Of a stretch of DNA of 64,000 bases, positions 40,426 to 54,835 are shown in pieces; position 1 is the stretch's first letter, and every line of letters begins with the position of its first letter. The DNA is from Octopus vulgaris. Lineage: Eukaryota. The translations under genes and the position numbers were made by a program. The stretch covers positions 122,016,001 to 122,080,000 of the forward strand of contig OX597818.1 in assembly GCA_951406725.2 (NCBI GenBank), written 5' to 3'. The notes beneath the pieces are model-generated. The model ran no database searches, was not told the origin of the DNA, and saw nothing but the letters and a program-made list of their open reading frames with translations.

Positions 40426-41408
40426 ACTGTTTATATATATACATACATACACACACATATGTGTTTGTGTGTATGTTGTATCTGTTTATTTTTCCCTCAC
40501 CAGTACTTGACAATCAGTGTTGTGTTTATGTCCACGTAATTAGTGGAACGGTTCTGCAAAAGAGACCGATGGAGTAAATATCAGGCTTTGAAAATGAATA
40601 AGTAATGGGTTGGTTCGTTCGACTGAAATTTTCCTAGGCAGTGCCTCAGCATGGCCGCGGTTTGATGACTGAAACAATTAAAGGTTAAAAGGTAATACAT
40701 TCTGATGGTCGACATGTAATGTAAATGTATGCAGTGGCTTCTGATAACGTTATCATAAGCACTGTGTCAGCAGAAGAAGGAACTTTGCAATCTACATGTT
40801 CACATCATATTGCTTGTAACAAAAGTATATAACTTTAATTTTGTTTAAATGCTACCGGTTAGGAAAGCATACAAATAACTAATAACTAATACTAATTGTC
40901 CCTGAATGATTGCTTTCCTTCACACTCTTAATTAACCCTTTTGTCTTCGAAATCTCGTTTGGCAACTCTTTCGCATTTAACCCAACAAAAATGGTGGAAA
41001 TTCTCAGTATTATTCAAACTACGACTAAATAATTTCGCATTTATTTGCACGAAACTATTGATAGCATACTAACAACAGACACGAAACGTGCAGCACTTGA
41101 AGTAGAAGGTTCAGTCACGTCTAGTAAACAAGCACACATATATATACACACAAACATATTTTTAAAGATGATGATATGGCATTAAGTACATATACATATT
41201 CATATGTATATGCGAACACACACACACACACACACACACATATTCATATGTATATTTATATATATATATATGTATATGTTCATTAATACGCTATATATTA
41301 ATTAATATGTATACATACATATAAATACGGTAAATATCAATTAATATGCATACATATAAATATGCCATATATTAATAAATATACATACATTCATATGTAT
41401 ACACACAC

Positions 41409-41466
<58 letters not shown>

Positions 41467-42312
41467 AACATATATATATACTTGTGTGTGGATATATATA
41501 CACATATATGTATATATATTACGTATGCATACACATACATGTTTATGTACGTATGCGTGCGTGTATATGTGTGTATGTGTGTGTGTGTGTGTATGTGTGT
41601 GTGTGTGTGTATGTGTGTGTGTGTGTGTGACCTAATACCTAAAGACGCCGTCAGTGTTGTACTGCATAAAATATATGTTTGTCTTCCAGATATAAAAAGA
41701 AAGTATCACCATAAAAGATTTAGGAAGTTCATTATGTTTAAAATGGTGCTGCTTCTACTTTAATCGAACACTTCGATTCTTATGCCGTCGTTGTACACAG
41801 TTTCTTTATCGACACACTTGGTCGAGTTTCTTTGATGTGAATTCAAAGCAGAATTGCTTAGATATTTTCCAAATGATTCTTTCATCACTTTCAGAAACCA
41901 TAATTGATAACATCAAGTATTCATAATACGTTAAACAGCTTATTGTTTAAACTATAGAAGATAGAGTAAACAACAACAAAATAAAACAGTTATATGAATA
42001 ACAATAGCAGTAGAGGAAGCAGCAGAACTAGAAGCTGTAGTAGAAGCAGTAGGCGCAGTAGAGCAGTTGTAGTGGAAGCAGCGGTAGTAGCACCCGCAGC
42101 GTCAGGAGAAACAATAATAAAACATCAGCGGCAGCTATTAATATTAAAATGCTAATAAAGACTTCACGAGTTGTTTGAAGTGCTCCTCCCCACACTCTCT
42201 CACTCACTCACTCACTCACTCTCCATTTCTTTGTATGAGTGTGTGTGTGTACTGTGTGTTTTTATATATGAATATATATATATATGTATACATATGTATA
42301 TATATATATTTG

Positions 42313-42370
<58 letters not shown>

Positions 42371-42899
42371 GTATATGTATATATGTGTGTGTGTATATAT
42401 ATATAAATATATATATATATGTATATATGAATATATATAATATATTTTCACATACATATTCACTCAAACGTGTAACATTAAATAAAAATAATTCCTTACA
42501 TATGGCCACATGTTTCGTTTTCAAAGTGCCTTTAAAAGAGAAACGATGGTAGTATTCTCTATACCAATATCGGACGTATGTTCTATATTTCAGAATTATT
42601 TCTATTTTATAGCTAACATCTCAACACAGACACACACGCGTGCGCATTGTCCATGTGCATTTGAATGGCTTATCAACACTCTGAATGTGTTCTATTCTCT
42701 TTGTACATGTCTACACCTTTTGGTTGAAGGCGATTGGGTTGAACAATTATCGTTGTAATGAACCCTATGGAAGCAGAAACGCGTGTCTATCCCGCTCTCT
42801 CGTCTCCCGACAACAAGCATGTCGTTTTCCAAAATGTCATATTTTCTGATGGCATTTTAATGATCCCATTAAGCGTCGAGGACCCACATGCTATCACGC

Positions 42900-42941
<42 letters not shown>

Positions 42942-42948
42942 ATATCTC

Positions 42949-43084
<136 letters not shown>

Positions 43085-44153
43085 AAACTTATCTATCCCT
43101 ATCTATATACCTATAGTATTATTCTATATGAGCCTATACGCATACATTTGGGCGTTAGTGTTTGTAAATATAATATCTAAAATGCTTCCATTTCCATCTC
43201 TATAAAACTACTGACCACCATCACGCCAATATATACACAGGTTGTACCCATTTTATTGTCTGTCGCCATATTTCTTGTAAAATTGCGTTGTAACTGACAT
43301 TCATGATTATCTTATATAAATACAATTTTTTTTCTTCTTTGGATTCAATTACATTCACAAGTTCTTTAAGCAATCTTTTAAACCGATAATAGATATAATT
43401 GCTTTTCTAAGATATCATTTTCCTCTCAAAATATTTACAGCTCGACTCTGTGCTATTTTCGTTACCATACTCTTCGATTTATCATAACGGCACATTAGCA
43501 ATTTTTTTGTGAATTCTGTTGTTGGCGTTATCTACCATTCATAAATTCTTATCTCAACAAAAACACACGCTTGATATTTTGGCGTAAACATGTCCATTTA
43601 TATAAACATACACACACACAAATATATGTACGTATATATAGATGTTGGCTCAAATATGTTCACTCATGGAAAACAGTTTAATAATTTTTTTTCTTTTGAG
43701 AGTTCACAGAGCACTACGACTGAATTTCCAGCAGTCTTGAAGTATTAGAAATGGCCAAATATAAGAAAGAATACATCATAACATATATGAGTGGGGTGTC
43801 TGCTGGCATTTCGACAACAATTAGATTAGTCAGCTGTATATAATGCGTTTCCATTCTTAGAATGACAAAGGATTGTTTAGAAGGCTTCGTACGTACGAAT
43901 ACAGACATATATCACGACACAGACACATACATATACACACAACACACACACACACACACACACTTATGTGTATGTGAGTATGTGTTATTGTATAACCCAA
44001 GGTCAGTTCAGAATAACCTCTGATGAAAGGTATTGTATCTGTGAGCGTCCAGTCATTTTAAATCAGCAACAGTGCATCTGGTGTGTTTCCAGTATCAAAT
44101 ACATCCTTGCTTTTTTCTTTCAAGGCGGTGAGATGTGACACACACACACACAG

Positions 44154-44214
<61 letters not shown>

Positions 44215-45105
44215 TACACACACACACACACATAAATACCTATACATATATACATATATATATATGTGTATGTGTGTTAGTTACTCTTAGAAAACAAAGA
44301 ACACTTCCAAGTAAGGACTCTATTAATTGTAAGATATATAATTGCATAATTTGTAAATAGACTTCCTCTGTTTAACATTTGTAATTTTACAAATGTTGTA
44401 ATTTTACAAGTCAAGTTCGTCATGGAGAAAATTCATCTCATTATTTTGGTTTTGAACAAGTCCTCACCCTAATAACCTGGTCTATGTACAAAACGAGTTC
44501 CCCTAAGAGAAAGGAACTCTACTAAGAAGTTATATTTAACCATGCGCACACACACATTCAATTCGAAACTCTGGGTAACCCTGTGAACCCGCCATAACCA
44601 GCATTCTCTAAATAACTACTGCTCTATAATTTAGTGCTCTTCTCTTTCGAATTTATGATTTACACACAATGATTTGCACTCCTGCCACACACAAGCACAC
44701 ACACTCATACATATACACACACTCAAATTCACACTGATGACTTCACACAGTTCATCCTTCTAAAGCTATGAAAATAAGTAGCACTCATATTACCGATATC
44801 CAGTTTACTTATCATGTGCTTATTTTGTAAACGATTAAAAATTCATACAAAAAGCCTCGCATATTCAGGTAGTCACACGCGTCCATGCACGCTAACATGT
44901 ATTCACAATGGGGCGCGCAGATACACAGGTAAGCTTACACACGCGTAATTTAACCCTCTTTCAGGGCTGAGTCTCTGCTGTTCCTCAGTTGAATAACTTA
45001 TTACACAAACAAAAGGTTGTGAAGTTCTTTGTTGGTGTTTCTTCATGTGTAACTTCCGCAGGCCTTTCATCACACGTTCATCTTATTTCCTGTCACACAG
45101 GCTGT

Positions 45106-45408
45106 CCTCGAAAGGATGAAAGGCAAAGTCGATCTCGGCGGAATTTGAACTAAGAACGTAGCAGCAGACGAAATACCTATTTCTTTACTACCCACAAGGG
45201 GCTAAACACAGAGAGGGTAAACAAGGACAGACAAAGGGATTAAGTCGATTACATCGACCCCAGCGCGAAACTGGTACATAATTTATCGACCACGAAAGGA
45301 TGAAACGCAAAGTCGACCTCGGCGGAATTTGAACTCCGAACGTAACGGCAGACGAAATACGACTACGCATTTCGCTCGGCGTGCTAACGTTTCTGCCAGC
45401 TCGCCGCC
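45106..45408 (-). mobile_element. Young SINE C joined to a partial C body
   Basis: Same junction as at 19463: AAAGAAATA|GGTATTTCGTC at ~45178. Confidence 0.9.
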
Positions 45409-45410
45409 TA

Positions 45411-45480
<70 letters not shown>

Positions 45481-45499
45481 ATGATGATGATGATGATGA

Positions 45500-45700
45500 T
45501 GTTTTCAAATTTTGGCACAAGGCTGGCATTTCCTGGGAAGTGGGTGAATCAATTACATCGATTCTAGTGCTCATTTGGTACTTATTTTATCGATCGTGAA
45601 TAGATGAAAGGCAAAGGCAACCTCGGCAGAATTTGAACTCTGAGGTAGAGCAGAAAGAAACGCCTCGAAGCATTTTGTCTAAGGTTCTAATGATTCTGCC
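45500..45700 (-). mobile_element. SINE C, older copy
   Basis: tttcaaattttggcacaagg..ggtacttattttatcga..gaatttgaactc..gattctgcca. Confidence 0.85.
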
Positions 45701-46114
45701 ATGATGATGATGACGATGACGACGATGATGATGATTTCTTCATAATAACATACGAAGGAAGAAGTAAAGAGAAGTAGGAGCAGGAGTTGAAGAAGTTGAA
45801 GAAGAGACGTGAATCCCAACAGGCGCAAAGCATATCTCCAAAATAAAGAACTGAAGAATTTATCGAATTCAGAAATAACCAGAATGTGAATACTGAAAAT
45901 AGAAACAATTCCCCGAATAATAAATACACCGGGAATGATAAAAGAAGACATAGATAATATCGAGATAGACCAGAATTTTAGCAGATATGAAGATTACAAA
46001 AGCTGCGTTATTAGGTGCAGTAGATATATAGCGCAGACAGCAGTCAATAGGAATAGTAGCAGTTGTAGGAGTATCGGTAAGAGTAATAGAAGAATAGTAA
46101 TGATAATAATACTT

Positions 46115-46282
46115 TAAAATTTTTGACACAAGGTAGACAATGTAAGGAGGAGTTTAGTCAATATAATTGACCCCAATACTTGACATTTCCTTTATTTTTG
46201 TCAACTCCGAAAAGATGAAAGGCAAAGTTGATCTCGGATGGATATGACGTAATGTAATGTCAGAACGTAATGGCGGAAGCAA
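46115..46282 (-). mobile_element. SINE C, older partial copy
   Basis: gatgaaaggcaaagttgatctcgg..cagaacgtaatggcgga. Confidence 0.75.
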
Positions 46283-46284
46283 TA

Positions 46285-46809
46285 CCTTGATGCAGTACCA
46301 AGCAGTGGCTTCTGCTCTTAACTGATTGGAAGTGTTATTACGTACATTTTTTTTGTCTTGGTATAAAAGGTGGGCTACAGCAAATATTTGCTTGTCAGTT
46401 GTTTGACATTAACGAGTTGAGCATGTCCCTTAGTGGCTGACGATATGTGCATCGCTGATCACGAGTAGGAGTAGTGGGGGAACATCATAGCCATGTGTTG
46501 AGAGGGATTCTTTGGGGTTTGAATAATTCACCTCTGGAAACATTGGTGTTTCGTTCCACATCCTTAAACAACCCTTATTCAGGGACAGTTTGAGCGGGAT
46601 GGGTTACTCGACCAGAAGAAAATTCTAACTGGTCCCACCTGCAAGGTCATGTGCTGTTTATCCTAATATGAGATCACCATGTTGCTCACATATGGTTGTG
46701 ATGCATGTGCCTAGTGTACCTTTATCAGATGGGTAGTCAAGATGGGTATACTGCGCTTTGCATATTTTACCCCAGTGTCACTTTGATGACATGTACTGCT
46801 CTCTCACTC

Positions 46810-46882
<73 letters not shown>

Positions 46883-46890
46883 TTAATAAT
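46285..46890 (+). mobile_element. Family D element, second copy
   Basis: Colinear with 1517-2085; ends CTCTCACTC(AAT)n. Confidence 0.87.
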
Positions 46891-46891
46891 A

Positions 46892-46948
46892 GGACTTCGT
46901 ATAATTTACCCCAGTGTCCCTTTGATGGCATGTGCTGCTCTTTCAATC

Positions 46949-47004
<56 letters not shown>
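46892..47004 (+). mobile_element. Family D 3'-terminal ~65-bp fragment with its own (AAT)n tail
   Basis: ggacttcgtataatttaccccagtgtccctttgatggcatg..caatc(aat)n. Confidence 0.8.
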
Positions 47005-47005
<1 letters not shown>

Positions 47006-47440
47006 CCTTTCTACTATAGGCACAAGGCTTCACATTTGTGGGGAGGAAGCAAGTCGATTACGTCAACCTCAGTGGTCAACTGGTACTTATTTCATCGACC
47101 CGAAAGGATGAAAAAAAGCTAAGTAGATACCAGCGGAATCTGAACTCAGAATGTAAAGACAGAGAAAATGGCGCTAAAATATTTTATTCGGCGCTCTTAC
47201 GATTCCGTCAGCTGGCTTCATTAATAATACTAATGATAATGGTTTCAAATTTTGGTACAAGGCCGGTAAATTCAGGGTAGAGGATAAGTCGATCAACATC
47301 GACCCCATCACTCAACTGGTACTTATTTTATCGAAAGGCGAAGTCGACCCCGGCGGAGTTTGAACTCAGAAAGCAGAGTCGAAGAAATACCACTAAGCGT
47401 TTTGTCCGGTACAGTAACGAATCGCTCAGCTCGCTCCTTT
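47005..47440 (-). mobile_element. Two tandem SINE C copies
   Basis: 47005-47220 and 47240-47440 each contain ggtacttatt..atcga and gaactcagaa. Confidence 0.85.
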
Positions 47441-48116
47441 AATAATAATAATTATAATAACAATGCATCCCCAAGCGCGTTTAACTTCTGCTGTTAACTT
47501 GTGAAACTAAATAAAAAGAAGTTTCTAATAATATTAATATAATAGAGGACTAGTGTTTACTATTTTGCATTCTAAATTTTCTTATTTGTATTTGCTGTAT
47601 AAATTGATAATTTTTTTTTTCTCGTTTAGTCTATGTTAACGATTTCGATTGCGTTTAAAATTTCATTCCGTAGTTAATATTGTTTAAAGCGTAACACCCA
47701 AACTTGCTTTACTGTGTTCGATTATGTTTTCGAATTTGTTCCATATTTGAAATTGATGTTAGCATAACTCACGATTCCGCGATTGCAGTGACAAACAGAA
47801 TAATTTTATAGACATTGTATTACGAGCAGCATATTTGATTACCTTTCTAGAAACGATTGCCAAAGCATTGGTGATATCTTGAACCTTTTCCAATAGATAA
47901 CTATTAATAAAAGTAAGTACACACTAGGTCAGACAACTATGGTAGCGCAACATTACAACGAAAATGATATAAATATATTTGACACTGAATATTTTACAGC
48001 ATAGTAGCAAAGTTGTGAAAGAGAATTTCTACCGTCTGTCATACGATATGTAATGATGGTAAGTCACAATTCGTATGAATTTTGAAATTTTACTTGCTGA
48101 TTCATTTTATATATAA

Positions 48117-48509
48117 CTAGCAGTATTGTCCGGCGTTGCTCGGATTTGTTTCGACCCTTTAGAATTGGAATTTATGAAAAGTAAAAATTTTGCATTATGT
48201 AGCTTGTTATTCTCTTTAAGGGAACATTTTTCTGGTTGAAATACACCGAAAAATGGCGACAATGCAGTAAAAAAAATCGTGAAAAATAGGGATTTTCATA
48301 GAAAAAAAGCACCTTTTTGATGTAAATAATTTTTTGTCTTAACGTGGTCCGATTTGAATTTTTATCTTCTACGGAATGAAGAGCAAACCTTCTTCTATCA
48401 TACTCTCAATTTTGGTCAACTTGCGCCGTAGGGTCTCGGAGGAGATAGTGTTAGTTGAAGGCTAACAACTTGCCATACACAGACAACTTCAGCTTTATAT
48501 ATAGAGAGA
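48117..48509 (-). mobile_element. Short non-autonomous Helitron (~390 bp)
   Basis: Minus strand: A|TCTCTCTATATATAAAGCTG ... CCGAGCAACGCCGGACAATACTGCTAG|T, inserted between A and T. Confidence 0.88.
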
Positions 48510-49196
48510 TTTAACGTTCGTAAGTAGATGCGTGAAGGAATGACTGAAAATAAACAAACTTAATTTTCACATGAACTAATTCCAAATTCTGCACTTATAC
48601 ACAAATTCATGCGCAAAAATACCCTACTGATGTTGTTGAAATTTCAATGAAGGAGCCTTGAAGATAGGTTAAAACCCGGCTCTTTCTCTATTGACAAGAA
48701 ATCTTTAAATAAAACTGAATAATGACATATACACATACCTAATGTATTCATACACGTGCATTAATACATATATGCTTACTTCATATGTACGCACGTATCT
48801 ACATTCATACATAGATGGTTACACAGTATATAATACATATGTACATTTGCACGTGCATTCGGCCATCTTTCTATCCATACACACACACACGCACGCATAC
48901 AGACGCACATACATATATTCATAAAAAGGCATACAGACGAGTATCTTTTTAAGGAGAAATATTATCAGTCTTTCGTTACCCAATGGACTGGTAATAGATC
49001 GATATATTATGAAAACACAGTGGCTTGAAATCATCACTCATTGATTATTACAGTTGGAATCAACCAGCTTAACATATTATATACTATTGAGAAGTTAACC
49101 AAGTTATACGAGATACTGAACTATATGAATCAATGAATTGTTATTAATAATTTTGTTGTTTTGTTGCTGTAGCTGTTGTTGTTATTGTTGTTGTTG

Positions 49197-49227
<31 letters not shown>

Positions 49228-49338
49228 CATCATGATTATTAATCAGTTCTACTACCACCACCACTATTTTCATAAGCATCATCTGGACTAATAATATTCT
49301 AAAAATCAATTTTGTCCGTGCTGAGTCATTTGAGAAGC

Positions 49339-49382
<44 letters not shown>

Positions 49383-49517
49383 GTATGTATGTATTTGTAT
49401 ATGTACATATATGTGCGTGTATAAACAAATGCATACACGCATATACATATACATCTATATGCATATACAGGTATACAAGTAAATATATGTATATATATGT
49501 ATATATATATATGTATG

Positions 49518-49552
<35 letters not shown>

Positions 49553-49608
49553 GTGTGTGTGCATGTCTGTGCAAATATATGTATATGCGTACATATACAT
49601 ATATATAC

Positions 49609-49648
<40 letters not shown>

Positions 49649-49753
49649 CTATCTATCTATCTATCTATATATATATATATATATATATAGGCCCGTATTA
49701 ATGTACATACTCGCCTATATGTGCACATATCTATATTAATGGTGGTGGCGGTG

Positions 49754-49819
<66 letters not shown>

Positions 49820-51404
49820 ATGAAGGTATTGAAATAAGTACATAGGCCTCCATCAGATATTTATCGATTGACAGATTAATAGTCATGGTGATAACACATA
49901 CAGTCCGACTTGTATTTGTAGCCTCTGATTGGCAACACGTCAAAATTTATCGACAAGAATAAGCACGCGCATATAATGCTTGATTGATAATTGTTGCCTA
50001 AACAAAGTCAGAAAAGAAACTGTTATAAAATTTTAAAAAAAACATCAGGATAGAAATAATCGCTTCTACTAAAGGCACAAGACCTGACATTTTGGTGAGA
50101 AGAGTAGTCGCTCACATCGACGCCAGTGTTTCACTAGTATTTAATTTAGGATGAAAGGCAGAGTCGACCTCAGCAGAATTTGAACATCTTGGCATCTAAG
50201 GGTACTTGTAGCATTGAGTAATACAGCAAAGCGCTGCAACGGCGCGTGCCCCAACATCTGTCATGACCTGACCTGATTAGGGATGCATTCACTCTATGTG
50301 GCGCTATAAGTTATATCGAGTATCTTGGGTATATCGGGTGGTAATAGCACTATGGCATGGAATTGGTTGTACTAAGTGGCACTGGCAACATCGAGCAGTT
50401 TGGGTACATTTTTGGTATTGGACATCCATTGTTTTTTTTCCTAATTAAGTTTAAGTTTTATGATCCAAATTGTTGTTTTTGATTAATAACAGGTCAACCC
50501 CGATCAAACAGACTCATGATGAAAGACACGCCAGCTGTGAATTTCACTCCGTCCAAATTGTCCAATATGCCTTTCTATATAAAAGGGAAAGGTGTAATTT
50601 GAAAGTGGTTTAGTCCTACTTGCAGGGAGTAGCGAAAATTTTATAGACTGTTGCCATGGAAACCAGGAGCAAGAAATCTCCACCAAGTACTTGCAACACA
50701 AAAGACAAAGAAAAAAAAAAGAGAGCAAATTATGATTTGAGAGAGAGATTTGAGTGATGGCACCGTTTCTAGCCGACTGATTAACCGTTCAGAGATTCCC
50801 TCGTAGACTCATGATGTATTTTGGTTGAGGCAGTTGCTACCTTTTGTTTTCTATTTCTTTTTTTCTAGCCAGGCAGAACATAAATGCAATAGTAATTAAA
50901 GAGGCTGCGCCACAGTTTGAGGCTACACGGCAGTGTCAATATTAATTTAAAATTGAGGAATCTAGAGGATAGTTAATTAAGATGGACACCAGTTCCTTCC
51001 TAACTGATAATTTTATTGACTTCAGAACGATGAAAGGCAAAATCATCTTTGGAGCGATACTATTTCAGAACATAAAGAGACTTAACTAAATACCGTAAGG
51101 CAAGTTATCCACCGCCCAGCCAATTGTTTTTACTGATGTACCGAGTTTACTAATCACCATTGCTTTTCTCCACCGCTTTACCGCTTTTACAAATCCTCGA
51201 TATTTTGTATACCATCGTACTGATCTGGTTAATTCGTCTTATTCCTGTTACGAAAATTATTTTTACATTCACAACTAGCAACAGTTAAATCTATAAAACA
51301 TTGTTCCTTTACCGAAGACTATATAACTAGATTCATTCGCGCCACACTCCAGGCAAAGCTCACAACGTTTTCTATCAAACACTGTTGCGAGTCAACAAGT
51401 GGGC

Positions 51405-51600
51405 GCCTACGTGGTTACTGGATTTGCTAAAAATAGTAGTCACATCCACCCCCAAAGAACACTCCACCAATTTAAGTAAGGAAAAGAATCATTAGATACA
51501 TTAGTCACGCATATTTCCCCAAAGACGGGATGGTCACATCTAGAATGCTTTTGATTATTGATATATTTGTTCACGTTTTACCAGTGACTAAACAACATCA
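51405..51600 (+). mobile_element. Old dispersed repeat family E (other copies ~12105-12250 -, 17998-18130 -, 43990-44130 -, 50486-50690 -, 62940-63170 +)
   Basis: Shared motifs gcctacgtgg..gctagaaatagcag and gacgggatggtcac..gaatgc.tttgatc, ending ctaaacaac. Confidence 0.55.
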
Positions 51601-52415
51601 AAAGCTTAAAACAGCACCATAAAACAACGTCAACAATAACAACAACAACAGCAACAAAAACATTAAAAGCAGCTATGCCTCATAAGCCCAAAATAGAAGC
51701 TTTCTTTGCCAGAATATGAAGAGATTGCAAATGAGAAGTGTCAACTGAATTCAACCAAGTGAAAATTATAAAAGAAATATCGAGATAGAAAAATTGATTT
51801 TTCTAATAGTCTCTTGCCACGAAGTTTGCTTAGATGGTTATGCCATGACACATGAAAGAGAAAAAGTAAGGGGGGAGGGTTAACATAAAATATTCAAAAT
51901 ACTAGTGTGAACAATAAATGAGAAAGTCTATTTCAGTCTTAGTAATATGCAGTAAATGTGCAGTGGAAGTATATGCTGTGAGTAGAAACATTCAACATTC
52001 GAAATGTATATTAGAAAAGGCGCGAAATCGCGTGTAAAATGGCGTCGTTAAAAGATTTTATAGCTTCCATCTTAAACATTAATTTCAATACTTGAGCGGA
52101 AATGAGAGGAAGATTGCCAAATACTGAAAGTAACCTTTTCACCTCATGAAAGTCTTTTAATACACGCATGGCTCTCTTTTGTTTTGAAATCGTTGTATGA
52201 AGAGGAAAATATTCTAAGATAACTCGATGTATACAAACATTGCATAAGTGTATATACATATATATATATATATGTATGTATGCATGTATGTATGTATGTA
52301 TGTATCTTTGTAAGTACGTATGTATAAATTTATATATATATATATACATATATATGCATATACATATACCTACATGTATACAAACATATATGTTTACGCA
52401 CATACGCACGTGCAA

Positions 52416-52446
<31 letters not shown>

Positions 52447-54538
52447 CACGCACACACACACACACGTATTTACAACAACATACATAAATACGTACATACA
52501 TGTCGTTTTCAGATAACTTTCTCGTTATCTCTATGACTGCGACTCTGCTACTGCGTAGCATCAATAGAAGCTATTTAATTTTCGAAAGAATCAATGTAAA
52601 TCTTGAAAGATAATGGCTAATATAAATGAATGGATAAATACAAAGGGTTATAACGTCGTCTTTATGCGTCTTTATGATCCTTTAACGGGAAAGAAAGGAC
52701 ACTAGTGGAAGATGGACATCTATTCATGAACTGGACAGTAGCTTGTTTCTTAGCAACTTTGCTGCTGATCAGAGAGTCTTAACTAATGAGTCGTTATTAA
52801 AGCTATTTTACGGCGCTGCTCTTTTACCTTAGTTTATGGCGGAAATGTATCAAGTGTATCGAATGTATATTATCTTTTAAGATGTACAATAGCCCGTAAC
52901 TCTTGAATCACAGAATGAGAGAAACAGATGAAAGGGAACATGAAATACAAAGCTTAACGGAGTTGGGTAGTTTGAAAGTTGACGAAGAAACACACACATG
53001 CACACATACACACACACATGCACACATACACACACACATGCACACACACCCATGTACACACACGCCCGGACGCGCACACGCAATACACACACACATATAT
53101 ACACAGACGTATCTACCCCATACACACATACACATATGCATATATATTTATTCACACTCAAACGCATGTAAGTATATAAATACGTTAATGTGCGTGCACA
53201 CACGTGTATGTGTTTGTTTATGGATATACATATTTATGCCAGCATGGATAAACACACACACAAATATGTATTGTCTATACCTTGATCCATCATCGGTAAA
53301 GCCGCCATCCCTGAACTTTCCATACTCATGCAAAGCATTAGAACAAACTAAAGTACAACGAGGTTTGATTTAACTTTAGCAGATCTGCTAAACCAGACTC
53401 AGCCGTGTGTCTCGTAGATCCTTGTGGAGGGTATTAATCGTTTGTAGAGCGGTTTATTTGAACAAAAGAAAATAATTCACTATTATTTGTTCTGAAGATA
53501 GACAAACACATTTTGACACACGATAAATATTTGTTATATGGGCACAATGCCGATTCGATCACCTCCTGAAAATTCAAACGTAAATTCCGCTTTGGTGGCA
53601 TTTAGATTGAGAAGTTAAAAAAATATTAATGAAAAAAAAAAACAGACGAAACGCGTCAGGAAGGGGGTAGTCAATTATGCTGAGTTTTGTAATAGACTGG
53701 TATTTTATTTTATTGACCTTGGAAGGATGAGTGTAGACGAATTTGGCGGGATGTAATCTTTATTTTTTATCATAATTCTGCTCGATCAAATCTGACCCGG
53801 GTCAAAGGAAGAAGAAGAAGAAGAAGAAGAAGAAGAAGAAGAAGAAGAAGAAGAAGAAGAAGAAGAAGAAGAAGAAGAAGAAGAAGAAGAAGAAGAAGAA
53901 GAAGAAGAAGAAGAAGAAGAAGAAGAAGAAGATGAAGAAGAAGAAGAAAAGATGAAGAAGAAGATGAAGAAGAAGAAGGAGGAGAAGGAGAAGAGTAGCA
54001 AGTACGAAAAACAACAATGATGTATTTAGATTGCGACGCACATCAAACACTAAGTTCGCTTCCATTTGTTTTGACTATCTTTCAGGAATTTATTTTAGCT
54101 TTGACTTTCGCTGATTCGCATCTCAGCTCTTACTCCCATACTCACACAAATACGTTCGCACACTCAGATTCGCACGCATACACACACAGTCACACACACT
54201 CTCTTCTCTCGCTCTCTATCACTGTCACGCCCTGTCTTTCTTCTTCGCCTTTGATAGAAAAGAAGACAATATCTGCTTAGCATGCAGTAATGTAAGATTG
54301 GTGAGCAAGCTTAACACAAGAAAATAATATTTCTATAATATATACAACTGTTGCATAAAATCTTTATACTTTCATACACAAGGAACCAAACCGCTTTATA
54401 TAATAAACATAAATTAATGAAAGGAAAAAGATGTATATTGATAGAGAATATATACATTTACTATCTATAGACTGCATTGAAATTTAATGTAGTATGAGAT
54501 GATCGTGTGTGTAAGGGTATATATATGTATGTATGTTT

Positions 54539-54570
<32 letters not shown>

Positions 54571-54703
54571 TGTATGTATGTATGTACGTACGTTTGTGTG
54601 TATGTATGTACGTATGTATGTATGTACGAAGGGTGTATGAAAAGCCTTGAAGCCTCAGAGAAACAAAGCATGGTACAAGACTTCTGATGAAGGCACAGGA
54701 CTT

Positions 54704-54835
54704 CAAGGCTCAAAAGCCTTGAAAGCTCAAAAGTCTTGAAGGCTCAAAAGCTGTGAAGGCTCAAAAGCCTTGAAGGCTCAAGGGCCTTGAAGGCTCAAGG
54801 GCTTTGAAGGTTCAAGGGCCTTGAAGGCTTAAAAC
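54704..54835. repeat. 17-bp minisatellite (~7.5 units) with a self-complementary core
   Basis: GGCTCAAAAGCCTTGAA / GGCTCAAGGGCCTTGAA units; AGCCTT-G-AAGGCT is an inverted repeat. Confidence 0.95.

Larger units (their letters stand above)
39519..40692 (+). mobile_element. SINE family B hosting two nested insertions
   Basis: Head aggcgtaggtgtggctgtagcgtaagaag; resumes at 39872 and again at ~40450 through cagcatggccgcgg..gactgaaac. Confidence 0.85.

Noticed and set aside
53645-53660. GAAACGCGTC hammerhead-like half motif
   Set aside because: No upstream CUGANGA or stem II; it lies among SINE C debris
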